DNA from: Octopus vulgaris
Lineage: Eukaryota
Reading direction: 5' to 3'
Length of the DNA stretch: 64,000 bases
NCBI GenBank assembly: GCA_951406725.2
Contig: OX597821.1
Coordinates: 22,134,001 to 22,198,000 of the forward strand
Part shown: in pieces, positions 1 through 13,399 of the stretch
Layout: the number at the start of each line of letters is the position of its first letter
Numbering within the stretch: position 1 is the first letter of the stretch
Translations under genes and position numbers: made by a program
Notes under the pieces: generated by a model
The model's database searches: none
Seen by the model: only the letters and a program-made list of their open reading frames with translations
Told to the model about the DNA's origin: nothing

Positions 1-98
1 TTCTATTATTGAAAACAAGTGGATGTATTCCAATGAAACTAGGTAAATAAAATCTTCGAACAGACGGTTGGTAGCGACACCTGCTGGGTCTGACTACG

Positions 99-139
99 CT
101 GCATTGATAAAGGGCAACAACCCTGAAACGTGTCTGCAG
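99..139 (+). ncRNA. Type I minimal hammerhead-ribozyme-like fold with U3-A8 core variant
   Basis: ctgca-TTGATAA-aggg(caacaa)ccct-GAAA-cgtg-TC-tgcag: perfect 5-bp stem I, 4-bp stem II, GAAA, GUC triplet. Confidence 0.7.
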
Positions 140-450
140 ATGTCTGACTAACAAGGTGAAGCGGCTGACCTCCCATGTTCGAAGGATGTAATGGACGCAG
201 GTTCGTGTGTCATATAGCTAGCTAGCTAGCGGTGATGGCCTCTTGGAGCTAATCAGCGACAGCTTTAGTCTTATATTTATGGACTGCCATATTAGTTTGG
301 CGATAACTATTAATATCCAGTAACGCTGCCGTAATCTCCTTTAGAGAGACTTAGTAATTTTAATATTTCTATTACATATATATACATGCATATATATTTG
401 TTTGAACTTGTGTGTGTGTGTACAATAATGATAATACAAGAATTTCAATA

Positions 451-650
451 GATTCCAATTTTGGCACAATGCCAGCAATTTTAGCGGGAGTCGGTAAGTC
501 TTTTGCATCAGCCTCGGTATACAATTGGTCCTTGCTTTATCGACCTGAAAGGAAGAAACTCAAAGTCAACCTCGGAAGTATTTGAACTCAGGACATAAAA
601 AGTTCGAAGAAACGCCGTTAAGCATTTTGTCCAGCGCGCTAACGATTAGG
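451..650 (-). mobile_element. SINE family B, diverged copy
   Basis: Reverse complement of the family seen at 51095-51305 (cgttagc...gttcaaat...gaggttgactttg...cctttc...gtcgataaa...gtgccaaaatt). Confidence 0.75.
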
Positions 651-682
651 CCGATTTCTTAAATAATAATAATAATAATGGC

Positions 683-736
<54 letters not shown>

Positions 737-742
737 GATGAT

Positions 743-1304
743 AAAATGCCCTGATGCCGTACCAGGCAGTGTCTCTAATGGCTTGTAATCGAAACTGATT
801 GAAAGTGTTATCGTAAACATTGTTTCGTCTTGGTATAAAAGATGGGCTACAGCAAATATTCTGCTCAATATCTCAGATTTGCTTGCCAGTTGTATGGCAT
901 TAACCAGTTGAGCATGTCCTTTAGTGGCTGATGATATGTGCATCTCTGATCACATGCAGAAGAAGTGGGGGGGGGTATCATAGCCATGTGCTGAGAGGGA
1001 TTCTTTGGGGTTTGAATAATTTACCTTTGGAAACATAGGCGTTTCGTTCAACATCCTTAAACAACCTTTATTCGGGGACCTTTTGAGTGGGATGGGCTAC
1101 TCGACCAGAAGAAAATTCCAACTGGGCCCCACCTGCGAGGTCATGCGTTGTTTATCTTGATATGAGATGACCATATCGCGCACATATGGATGTGATGCAT
1201 GTGCCTGGTGTACCCTTATCAGGCGGGTAGTCATGATGGGTATATTGGGTTTCGTATATTTTACCCTAGTGTCACTTTGATGGCATGCATTGCTCTCTCA
1301 CTCA
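743..1304 (-). mobile_element. Unclassified dispersed repeat, family D (~560 bp, retroposon-like)
   Basis: 5' half matches 57445-57727 in opposite orientation; fragment at 32786-32903; 3' end runs into a (CAT)n/(ATT)n tract. Confidence 0.75.
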
Positions 1305-1620
1305 ACAATAATAAAACTTAACATATCTAAAACAGCAGATTGAAAACAAACAGGAATCGAATAATATTAGTATCTTCTATAATGATACTTCTGTGTCTTT
1401 CTTCGTCACAGCATATGAATGAGAAAGGAAGGGGTGATAGATAAATAAGGAGGGAGATGATATCAAACTGGAAGTGGGACGGTGAATATTCAACGCTGAG
1501 AAGAACAATCAAACAGCGTTTCAACTCTGTGTGAGTATATGTGTGTATGTGTGTGCGTGTACAAGGGAAGTATGTGAATGTTTGTATGTGTGATTATCAT
1601 ATGCCTTACGTTGTACCGTA

Positions 1621-1990
1621 TTTACTCTTTTTACTCTTTTACTTGTTTCAGTCGATCCCAGGACTTATTCTTTTTGTAAGCCTAGTACTTATTTTATCGG
1701 TTTCTTTTGCCGAACCGCTAAGTTACGGGGACACACCAGCATCGGTTGTCAAGCAATGCTAGGGGAACAAACACAGACACACAAACATACACGCACACAC
1801 ACACACATATATATATATACATATATACGACAGGCTTCTTTCAGTTTCCGTCTACCAAATGCAGTCACAAGGCTTTGGTCGGCCCGAGGCTATAGTAGAA
1901 GACACTTGCCCAAGGTGCCACGCAGTGGGACTGAACCCGGAACCATGTGGTTAGTAAACAAGCTACTTACCACACAGCCACTCCTGCGCC
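1621..1990 (-). mobile_element. tRNA-derived SINE family A with internal deletion
   Basis: Head ggcgcaggagTGGCTGTGTGG...GGTTCAGTCCC (A/B-box like), CORE-like ccttgggcaagtg, internal (TA)(TG) tract, (gtaaaaga)n tail. Confidence 0.9.
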
Positions 1991-2217
1991 TATTTATATA
2001 TAAAATACTACAAATTCTCGTCATTTTGACGGCCAGCTAGTTAGCAATAGTATTATATGGTTCTCTGTCTGAAGAATTTCTAATAGAAGATGTCTTGCTT
2101 GCAAATTTTATAACACCTAATAAATGAAATAGGTGTAATGGTGAATGGATACTACCGAAAAACATTTTGCCATCTTCTGTTTTCATTTATGTATATATGT
2201 TTGTGTGTGTGTGTGTA

Positions 2218-2276
<59 letters not shown>

Positions 2277-2309
2277 ATGCGCGCGCCTATTTATATGTAT
2301 ATAATTCAA

Positions 2310-2500
2310 ATCTGTAGAAAAACAAAGACGAAGATAGGTGTAGGAACCACAAGCAAGTATGTTAGTTTGACACTCGGGGGAATGGAAAAGACTTTTACGT
2401 TTCAAGCCTACGCTCTTCAGCAGAAAGGAATAAGAGGAAATAAATAAAGAGAGAATGATAAAGAAAAACATGTTGAATTCAGCCGTCCTATAATTGCGAT
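2310..2500 (-). mobile_element. PLE-type terminal-repeat fragment with hammerhead-like fold at 2392-2427
   Basis: Minus strand cttt-CTGCTGA-a-gagc(gtag)gctt-GAAA-cg-TA-aaag; same family as 11610-11806. Confidence 0.6.
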
Positions 2501-2803
2501 ACATGTATGTATGTATGTATGTATATTATTATTGAGTTTTCTTTCAAAATTTCTTGCCAATAAAGAGCTCCTTCGTTGGAATTTTAACAACAGCAGGATA
2601 CTTTTGTACGTACGTGTGTATGTATATGTATTATCTGAGCATAGGTATGTATGTATGTATGTATGTATGTATGTATGTTTATTTGTAATTATTATCTGAG
2701 TCAACTTTCGGAAACATCTATATGTGTATGTATGTATGTATATATACATAAAAGTTAGACAAGGCCTGGACCAATCTTTGGTCGAAATATCTCTAAGTTA
2801 TAT

Positions 2804-2843
<40 letters not shown>

Positions 2844-2930
2844 ATATATATGTGTGTACGTGTATGTGTGTGTGTAGATGTATATATATATACATACCTA
2901 CATACATACATACATACATACATACATACA

Positions 2931-2961
<31 letters not shown>

Positions 2962-3392
2962 TACATTATATACATATATATATATATATATATTGCATAA
3001 AAATATAATATTAATATACATTATATGTAGACATATCATATATATTATACATTTAATATTTTACACACACACACACACATATATATATGAATCAATATAC
3101 GTATATCTAAGCATATTAAAATTACTATCTATACAAGAATATATCAGTGTATATATAGTTATGGATATATATAGTATACACACACGCATATAGATATACT
3201 TGTATACACGCGTCCGCAAGTATTGCTATTGCTTTGTGCGTGCGAAGCGTGAGAGTGCGTGTCTGTATGTTTTAGTATTGAGAGATAAAGTACAAACAAG
3301 GAGAAGCACATGTAGATATGTATATACCCATCGGAGCTCTTTGTAAAATAAATCTGAAAATCAATATTATAAACATGAATGCACATAGTAAA

Positions 3393-3441
<49 letters not shown>

Positions 3442-3772
3442 GATATGTACACAAACATGTTATACATACGCATATATACATACATTTATATGTATAGAGA
3501 AGCATATATATACATATTATATGTATTTATATACACATATACATATATATATATATGTATATATATATATATGTATGTGTATATATATATATATATATAC
3601 AAATATATATATATTGATATATGTATATATATATAATATATTCATATATACATATATGTCTATATATATATATATACATATTTAATACATATATATAAAT
3701 ATTTATATATATATATGTGTGTGTATAGACACACACACACACAAACACACACACATATATATATATATATAT

Positions 3773-3818
<46 letters not shown>

Positions 3819-3824
3819 CATATA

Positions 3825-3906
<82 letters not shown>

Positions 3907-4143
3907 CTTTTAGAGATATGCATGTGTATATATATACATGCATAATAGAAACACATATATTCACTACTGACGAGCGTGTAAAATAAGTCTGAAAATCGAA
4001 AGAAGATATACATACATTTATTGATACAAACCTACATATATATATACATATATATGTATGTGTATGTGTGTGTGAGAGCGTAAGTATGTGCGGATATGTA
4101 TGTATAAATACATAACATATATGCATGTACGTATACATGTTTA

Positions 4144-4202
<59 letters not shown>

Positions 4203-4379
4203 GTATATTGTATATATTGCATGTATACAAACGAGCGAGCAGTGTGTGTAAACTAGATCTGAAAATCGATCATAGAAACCCAAAGACATGCAGTATTGAT
4301 TTCTAATGGTGATGGTTGGAAGTAAGGGGGGTATTAATTGGGGCGTGGGGGTGTCTAAATACTAATAAAACTATTGATT

Positions 4380-4809
4380 GGTTCATTGTTGCTGTTGCTG
4401 TTGATGTTGTTGTTGTTTTCTTGTGGTTAGGAATCACGATTGTTTTACTATCAAATATTGGCTTTCTTCAGATCATCATTATTCTGCGTACTGTTTTTGT
4501 TGTTGCTGTTGTTGTTGTGGTGTTGGTGGTATTAGTGGTAGTGGTGGTGGTGGTGGTGGTGGCTGTTATTGTTGTTACTGCTATCAATATTATCAGCACT
4601 TTTACTTCCATCATCATCATCATCGTCGTCGTCCTCGCCGTTGTCGTTGTCGTCAGCATCATTATCACTAATATCATCACCATCATCTCCTTCACCGTAA
4701 CCATCATCATTATTATTATCATCATCATCATCATCATCATCATCATAATCATCATCATCATCATCATAATCGTCGTCATCATCATCATCATCATCATAAT
4801 CATCATCCC

Positions 4810-4843
<34 letters not shown>

Positions 4844-5031
4844 TATCATCACCACCACCATCATCATCATCATCATCATCATGATCATCACTACCACCAC
4901 CACCACCATCGTCGTCGTCAACATTATATCATCGTCACCATGATCATTGCCATTATCATCTTCATTTGCTATCGACATCATCATCGTCGTCATCATCATC
5001 GTTATTCCTATTGTTGTTGTTGTTGTTGCCG

Positions 5032-5117
<86 letters not shown>

Positions 5118-5220
5118 GTCGTCGTCGTCGTCGTCGTCGTCTTCGCTCATTACAAGTAGAAGATTCACCACAGAAATCACGTTCGTCACAATATCGTCGA
5201 CATCATCATCATCACCATTA
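4380..5220. repeat. Compound trinucleotide microsatellite (GTT/GTG/CAT/ATT/CGT)
   Basis: Direct reading; source of the 303-aa homopolymer ORF. Confidence 0.97.
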
Positions 5221-5377
5221 CGTATAATATTAATACCTGTTTGATATTTATATTTTCAATTTAATATATTTTTCTTTGAGTTGTTTTATAAATAACACAT
5301 CGGTATTATGATTATCAATATTTCCAATACTATTATCATATATATTCATACAAGAATATACATATATAAATATAGTA

Positions 5378-5470
<93 letters not shown>

Positions 5471-5497
5471 CTGTGTGTTTGCGCGTTTGCCTGAATG

Positions 5498-5537
<40 letters not shown>

Positions 5538-5606
5538 TGTGTGTGTGTAGATGTATGTGTATATTTGCATCATTTTGAGTTGAAAATGAGAGAGAAAAGA
5601 CCCATA

Positions 5607-5769
5607 GGCGCAGGAGTGGCTGTGTGGTAAGTAGCTTGCTAACCAACAACATGGTTCCGGGTTCAGTCCTACTGCGTGGCATCTTGGGCAAGTGTCTTCT
5701 GCTATAGCCCCGGGCCGACCAATGCCTTGTGAGTGGATTTGGTAGACGGAAACTGAAAGAAGACTGTCG

Positions 5770-5810
<41 letters not shown>

Positions 5811-6023
5811 TTGTGTATCTGTGTTTGTCCCCCTAGCATTGCTTGACAACCGATGCAGGTGTGTTTATGTCCCCATCACATAGCGGTTCGGCAAAGGAAA
5901 CCGATAGAATAAGTACTGGGCTTACAAAAGAATAAGTCCCGGGGTCAATTTGCTCGACTAAAGGCGGTGCTCCAGCATGGCCGCAGTCAAATGTCTGAAA
6001 CAAGTAAAAGAGTAAAAGAGAGT
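5607..6023 (+). mobile_element. SINE family A, full length
   Basis: Near-identical to 12733-13135 and 37215-37610. Confidence 0.92.
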
Positions 6024-6054
6024 ATATCTGTAACGTTTTATAGATAAATAACAT

Positions 6055-6730
6055 TCAGGGACCTATTTGTGCATTTTGATTGATCCCTACACTAAAGCGG
6101 CCAACGTTAGAAACGAGATACATAAAATACACATTAAATGCAACGAGACTGGAATGAAACAGACCGGCACCATACAATTCCAAAAAGTCCTTATAGATAA
6201 TGGATATCTAGACAATTTCACCTAATGCTGCGACATCACCACATCACCTGACAAAATCCACAGATTCAAGGGCTACAAGTGTTTATGAAACCGCCACGTC
6301 TTAACAAAAACGCCAACTGATTTTAATCCGTCGAGCAGTCCGTAGGTTATGACTGAATATACGTCTAGCACACTTCGGGCCTTCCTTGAGATGGCCCCAA
6401 ATTTAAAATGGGCCGACGCAAAAGAACACTAATGCACATCTGCAAAAGCCCCAATCAGCGATGAATATATATATATCTGCGGTCTTACGTGATGTATAAA
6501 CCTCCTTTTAAATTTGTGGTGAATCCTCTTGCTGAAGTAACGTCAAAAAAATATGGCACGTCTATACTAATGCTACTTCTGTCAAAAAACACTTATGGAA
6601 ATGCCACATCCAAAATAGGCTTCCATTGAAACAACAGAACGGAACGTTGGGAACCTAAGAATAAAGGAAGCTATCATCATAAGCAAGACCAAACAATATA
6701 TTATCAACAGAACTGAGTTTCACACAACTA
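6055..6730 (+). pseudogene. Penelope-like element relic: RT C-terminus plus GIY-YIG endonuclease, frameshifted
   Basis: Manual translation: AANVRNEIHKIHIKC..QFQKVLIDNGYLDNF..SVKKHLWKCH..ERNVGNLRIKEAIIISKTKQYIINRTE. Confidence 0.75.
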
Positions 6731-7130
6731 ATCGGATCGTACTTTAGCAATGTTGTCTTGTGCCTGCAAAGCAACCTTTAGTATACATACACAATAGCAC
6801 AGAGAACTAAACTGGCAATATATCTCTGAAAATGTTCTAAAGAAGTGGTCCTAACCCCCATTTAAGCTACCCACTTTCGGCTTTAAAAGAAAAAATGAAA
6901 AACATTTACGTAGATATATAGAGAGAAGCATGAGGTCGTTGAGCATGAACAGGAAAAAGTGATCACTTTCACTGAAGGCTAAAACTAGTTGGTTGGCTTA
7001 GGAAGTGGCCGATGCTTGCGTCTGTAGAATAGCATTTCCGATGAACCAGCACCAGGAGAAACCTGGTAAACAGACTGCACGCCACACCACACATGTACAT
7101 ACATAGATATATACTTTTATGTAAATATAC

Positions 7131-7203
<73 letters not shown>

Positions 7204-7209
7204 TACATA

Positions 7210-7345
7210 TACGATGGGGTATTGAAAAGTTCCTGGCTTGAAGAACATCGCCAAAAGCTAGGTTGGAGACCCAATCTTCGAGTTCTTTTAAAGGACTCAG
7301 AAAAACTGGAGGACTGCTGCAATAAATGAACAAATCCGAGAGGGC
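7210..7345. mobile_element. Partial mariner-type MITE
   Basis: One TIR (tacgatggggtattgaaaagttcctgg); body is the reverse complement of part of 27771-27968. Confidence 0.7.
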
Positions 7346-7582
7346 GGCAGTGGTGATGGTGTATTTCTCATTATCCCCAGTATTATCAGCTGCTCTCTTG
7401 TCAGTTATATTTTATATACGTTTTCAATCTCCCTTCTTCAATAAATTTCATTTAGCTTCCTTATTAATAATTTTTCGCAAATACTTTATTATTATGATTA
7501 TTATTATTATTTTCATTGTCGGTTGACTTTACCTTTGTTATTATTAATTCTATAATTATCATCATTATCATCATCATCATCA

Positions 7583-7649
<67 letters not shown>

Positions 7650-7650
7650 T

Positions 7651-7836
7651 AGGTGGTGAGCTGGCAGAATCGTTAGCACGCCAGACAACATGCTTAGCGT
7701 TTTGGGTTCATATTCAACCAAGTTCCACATTGTCTTTCATCCTTTCAAGGTCAATAAAATAAGTGCCTGTTGAGCACTGGTGTCGATGTAATCGACTTAG
7801 CTACTATCCTGAAATTGCTACCCTTGAGCTAAAATT
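7651..7836 (+). mobile_element. SINE family B
   Basis: ggtggtgagctggcagaatcgttagcacg...ctttcatcctttcaaggtcaataaaataagt; follows (ATT)n. Confidence 0.8.
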
Positions 7837-8149
7837 TTTAATTATTATTATTAGTCAATATTAACTTCACATTGTTACTTTATTGACGCTATTATTTTAT
7901 AAATTGCGCATATTGTTACGATTTTATTTTCTATATTTCAATATAAAAATAAGCTATCACTTATTATTAACATTTATTTCTTTAATGACTATTATTAATA
8001 TATTATTTTATATTTTGGGAGAGAAATCATTAATGTTATTAATAACATTAATAACATTACTGATATTGCGATCGGTATTAAATTCATATAAGAAATATTT
8101 ATTCTTCTAATTATTTTCAATATTTATATTTACCTTTTAAAAATTATCC

Positions 8150-8201
<52 letters not shown>

Positions 8202-8205
8202 CATC

Positions 8206-8293
<88 letters not shown>

Positions 8294-8550
8294 TCATTAT
8301 TATTATTTTGGAGTTATATTTATATTGAAATTTTTTTCATAATTTACTTCTCTAATGTACAAATTTTTGAAAATATATTTTAAAATATTAATTTGCAAAA
8401 AATAAGAAAAAACAAATTCAAATCAAATGCAAGAAAATGTTACAACAAAAAATACAATGTAGTAAACGCGTGTATATGGATAGCTGGATATAGTTATATA
8501 TAAAAGTATACGTATACATATATATATATGCGTGTGTGTGTGTGTATGTG

Positions 8551-8595
<45 letters not shown>

Positions 8596-8952
8596 GTACA
8601 TATATGTATGTGCACGTGTATATATGTGTTGGTAAACGTATGCATAAATATATGTGTATATATGTATATATGTGCGTATGTATGTATGTATTATGTATGT
8701 ATGTATGGATGGATGGATGGATGGATGTATGTATATGCTACAATCAAAAACAATTACGTCTATACGGATTATCTTATAACACGTGTGTTTGAAAAACTGC
8801 GATCAATGAAAAGCGCATACACAACAATAAAATTTCTTTCCATAAGCTTTGTGTCGTTCTATTTTTTATATGATTAATACTTTAAAATTTAAGAAAATCT
8901 TTCTTGAAATACTGCTACAGTATCAAGCATTTTTTCCAAGAATTTTTCATGC

Positions 8953-9190
8953 GTGTGTGTGTGTGTCTTTGTGTATATGTGTATGTGTGTTTTTGTGTGT
9001 ATACGTTCGTATGTTAACACATGTTAACACATCTGTGTATATAGGTTCATGTCTTTCTCTGTGTGTATGTGTGTGTGTGTGTTTGTCTTTGTGTGTATGT
9101 GTATGTGTGTTTTTGTGTGTATACGTTCGTATGTTAACACATGTTAACACATCTGTGTATATAGGTTCATGTCTTTCTCTGTGTGTGTGT
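8953..9190. repeat. 120-bp tandem duplication
   Basis: 9001-9060 is identical to 9121-9180; flanks nearly identical at period 120. Confidence 0.95.
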
Positions 9191-9977
9191 GTGTGCGTGC
9201 GCGCGCGCGTGTGTGTTTGAATGTATATTTATGTGTGGTGTGTATGTGTCTGTCTGTGTGCGCGCGCAATTGTGTGCGTGTGCGCATTGATGAAAACGCC
9301 AAAAGAAGAATACTATCTCACATCGGCCAGAATAACTTATTCAAGAATAATGGACTGGAATGGTTGAAAGAATCTAATTATTTAAGTAGAAATATCACTC
9401 TATTACGATTCCACGTCCTTCATTTTCATCATCATGTTAATGTCTCGTAATATCTCGACTGAAATCTCGTCATATTTAAATTGAAATTTCACCGTATCTC
9501 GATCAATTATTAAACAGACAAAAATACAAACGCGAAATATATCAGACGAATATCAGATTTGAAATGTTGAGAAGGATTTTAGTGGCTCTGTTCTGTGTAC
9601 GTGCGCGAGTGTGTATATGTTTGTACGCATGAGTGCGTGCGTGTGTGTGTGTGTATGTGTGTGTGCGTGTGTGTGTGTGTGTGTGCACGCGCGTGTGTGT
9701 GCGTGTGCTCTGTCGTCTGCATATGATTGTGTTTATGTCGGCATATGTATGTGAATTTGTGAGGATACATTTGGGAATATTCTTTTGTTTACGTTTTCAT
9801 GTGTGCGAACATATATATGTGTGTATGAATATGCGTGTATATATATATGTGTGTATATCTATGTATACATATATATGAATATGTATGTATATGTATGCAT
9901 GTGTATATATATGTATATATATGTGTTTATATGTGTGTATATGTATATAATATATATATATATATATTATATATCTG

Positions 9978-10056
<79 letters not shown>

Positions 10057-10073
10057 GTATATATCTATCTATC

Positions 10074-10180
<107 letters not shown>

Positions 10181-10329
10181 ATATATCTGAATATATATAT
10201 ATATATATATATATATGCATACATACATACATACACAGATATATATGCATATAAGCACACATCTGTACACATGTTATGCGGGTTGACATCTGTATACAAG
10301 TAGAGAACTAGCAAGCCAGACAGACAGGT

Positions 10330-10380
<51 letters not shown>

Positions 10381-10385
10381 CAGAC

Positions 10386-10468
<83 letters not shown>

Positions 10469-10477
10469 GAGACAGAT

Positions 10478-10514
<37 letters not shown>

Positions 10515-10527
10515 TAGATAGATAGAT

Positions 10528-10573
<46 letters not shown>

Positions 10574-10612
10574 TGTTTCTTTATTAGCCACACCGGGCTG
10601 CACACAGAACAC

Positions 10613-10705
<93 letters not shown>

Positions 10706-11413
10706 TTCTTCACTACTGAACCAGTTTTCTTCTGGAATAACGTTAAACATCGAACAACCTGCTATAAGTAGCACACCATAGCAAGATCACTCCCTTCGCT
10801 AATTTTGATATTAAAATCGAAATACGCGTCTTTTACACTATCCCTCCAGTACGATAATTCGCTGAAGAATTCACTGTCGTCATTCCAAGTAGTGATCTGT
10901 AGCATATTTCTTCATTCAGAAATCATGCCCAGTTAGAATTTATCTTTTTGAAGGTACAATCTTATCAGATGCTGTTCCACCCAGCTATTCAACAAATAAT
11001 TTGCCTGGAAAATGAACAGTGAATTGTAAAAGTTCACGACAAACTGTAAAAGAGAGCAAAGTTCAGCATTTATCTCTTCTACTAGTGTTCCTGTTACTGT
11101 CTATGTTCTTCATTGTTCTCCAAGAGAACTGTTTTCGTAACTAACTTTTGAGAACTAGCATTTTAATTCTATAACCGATTAAGTAGTTCCAAATAAAGTA
11201 AATTTTATGCACCGATGCCTCCATACTAATTGGTACTTTTGTATGATAGAATTGTTATCTAGGATGTTGTGTATCTCATCCAAGATAACGACATTCTGTG
11301 AAATTGGAGGGTCTAGGTCCTGCGATTACAATACATATGACAACCACATTATGCTGGCAAATAAAATGTACTATTCGGTACTGTTACTGCATATCTCTCG
11401 CTCAGAGATTTAA

Positions 11414-11868
<455 letters not shown>

Positions 11869-11944
11869 GCAGTGTGGAAGGTGTTTATTAGCCATTTAAG
11901 AAACACACAAAAGCCGTTCGATTCACTTCAACATTTAAGTTTAA

Positions 11945-11994
11945 TTTGTCAAAATATTTTCGTCGCTAAAATCCGCGACCTGTTCACTGACAAA
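11945..11994 (-). ncRNA. Type I hammerhead-like fold with G3-C8 core variant
   Basis: Minus strand tttgtca-GTGAACA-g-gtcgc(ggatttta)gcgac-GAAA-atat-TT-tgacaaa: 7-bp stem I, 5-bp stem II, palindromic AAUAUU stem III. Confidence 0.7.
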
Positions 11995-12004
11995 AATCCG
12001 TGCA

Positions 12005-12370
12005 GCCAGTGCAATACAGAAGCCATTGTCTTTGAAATAGATTCCAGTGGAGCAACGAACGTGCGGAAATATATAAGTGTAACGGGAGGTCCTTTGAGTA
12101 CCAAGTTCAGAAACCACAAATCCGCGTTTAATACCCAAGTGCAACGTAATGTTGCAATTCTAACGAGACGTGAATGGTCATTGAAGGAAATCGCTGCGCA
12201 TTATGGCATCAAGTGGAAGATACTAGGAAAGTGCAAATCTTACCCTAGAAAAAGTCAGTAGTACAAACTTTACTTGACTGAGAAAAGAATTAGTTTGAAG
12301 AACTCCATTCTCCCAGGCACCTTCTTAAACATTAAAAGTGAATGTCTTTTGCTCCTGCTATCATAAGCGC
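12005..12370 (+). pseudogene. Penelope-like GIY-YIG endonuclease relic
   Basis: CNTEAIVF..KYISVTGGPLSTKFRNHKSAF..WSLKE..IKWKILGKCKSY..*YKLYLTEKRI..LNIKSE matches the PLE GIY-YIG pattern; internal stop. Confidence 0.8.
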
Positions 12371-12489
12371 TAATGTGCCCAAGCAAATCAGTCGGGTGCA
12401 GCATGAATATAAATGTTGTCTTATTGGACAGACTACTTTTGACAGAGCGTTTTATGTAACGCATAGTAATTATGAATATGTAAAAGGGA

Positions 12490-13132
12490 CTCTCTTTACT
12501 CTTTACTCTTTTACTTGTTTCAGTCATTTGACTGCGGCCATGCTGGAGCACCGCCTTTAGTCGAGCAAATCGACCCCGGGACTTATTCTTTGTAAGCCCA
12601 GTACTTATTCTATCGGACTCTTTTGCCGAACCGCTAAGTGACGTGGACGTAAACACACCAGCATCGGTTGTCAAGCAATGCTAGGGGACAAACACAGACA
12701 CACAGTCACACACACACACATATATATATATAGGCGCAGGAGTGGCTGTGTGGTAAGTAGCTTGCTAACCAACCACATGGTTGCGGGTTCAGTCCCACTG
12801 CGTGGCATCTTGGGCAAGTGTCTTCTGCTATAGCCCCGGGCCGACCAATGCCTTGTGAGTGGATTTGGTAGACGGAAACTGAAAGAAGCCTGTCGTATAT
12901 ATGTATATATATATATGTGTGTTTGTGTGTCTGTGTTTGTCCCCCTAGCATTGCTTGACAACCGATGCTGGTGTGTTTACGTCCCCGCCACTTAGCGGTT
13001 CGGCAAAAGAGACCGATAGAATAAGTACTGGGCTTACAAAGAATAAGTTCCGGGGTCGATTTGATCGACTAAAGGCGGTGCTCCAGCATGGCCGCAGTCA
13101 AATGACTGAAACAAGTAAAAGAGTTAAAAGAG

Positions 13133-13187
<55 letters not shown>

Positions 13188-13373
13188 CATACATACATAC
13201 ATATATACGACAGGCTTCTTTCAGTTTCCGTCTACCAAATCCACTCACAAGGCATTGGTCGGCCCGGGGCTATAGCAGAAGACGTCACGGCTATAGCAAG
13301 ATGTCACGCAGTGGGACTGAACCCGCAACCATGTGGTTGGTTACCAAGCTACTTACCACACAGCCACTCCTGC
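12490..13373 (-). mobile_element. SINE family A split into a 3' half (12490-12720) and a 5' half (13205-13373) by a nested copy
   Basis: The two halves rejoin at the internal (TA)n tract. Confidence 0.88.
12733..13135 (+). mobile_element. SINE family A, full length, nested
   Basis: Complete head-to-tail match to 5607-6023. Confidence 0.92.
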
Positions 13374-13399
13374 CACTCTGTTTCTTGAAGAACGAATAG

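Noticed and set aside
4316-5227. 303-aa ORF and the other poly-I/H/D/S/Y, YI, CV and YLSI ORFs
   Set aside because: Translations of microsatellites that are open in several frames; no domain or splice support
10710-11410. Unique-looking 700-bp block as an exon or TE
   Set aside because: No sustained ORF, splice pair or identifiable motif; left unannotated
12270-13275. Recurring peptides (MTTDAGVF.., RHLPKMPRSGTEP..; also MVVIPAVLFHH.. at 63581) suggesting a gene family
   Set aside because: Incidental frames within SINE families A and C
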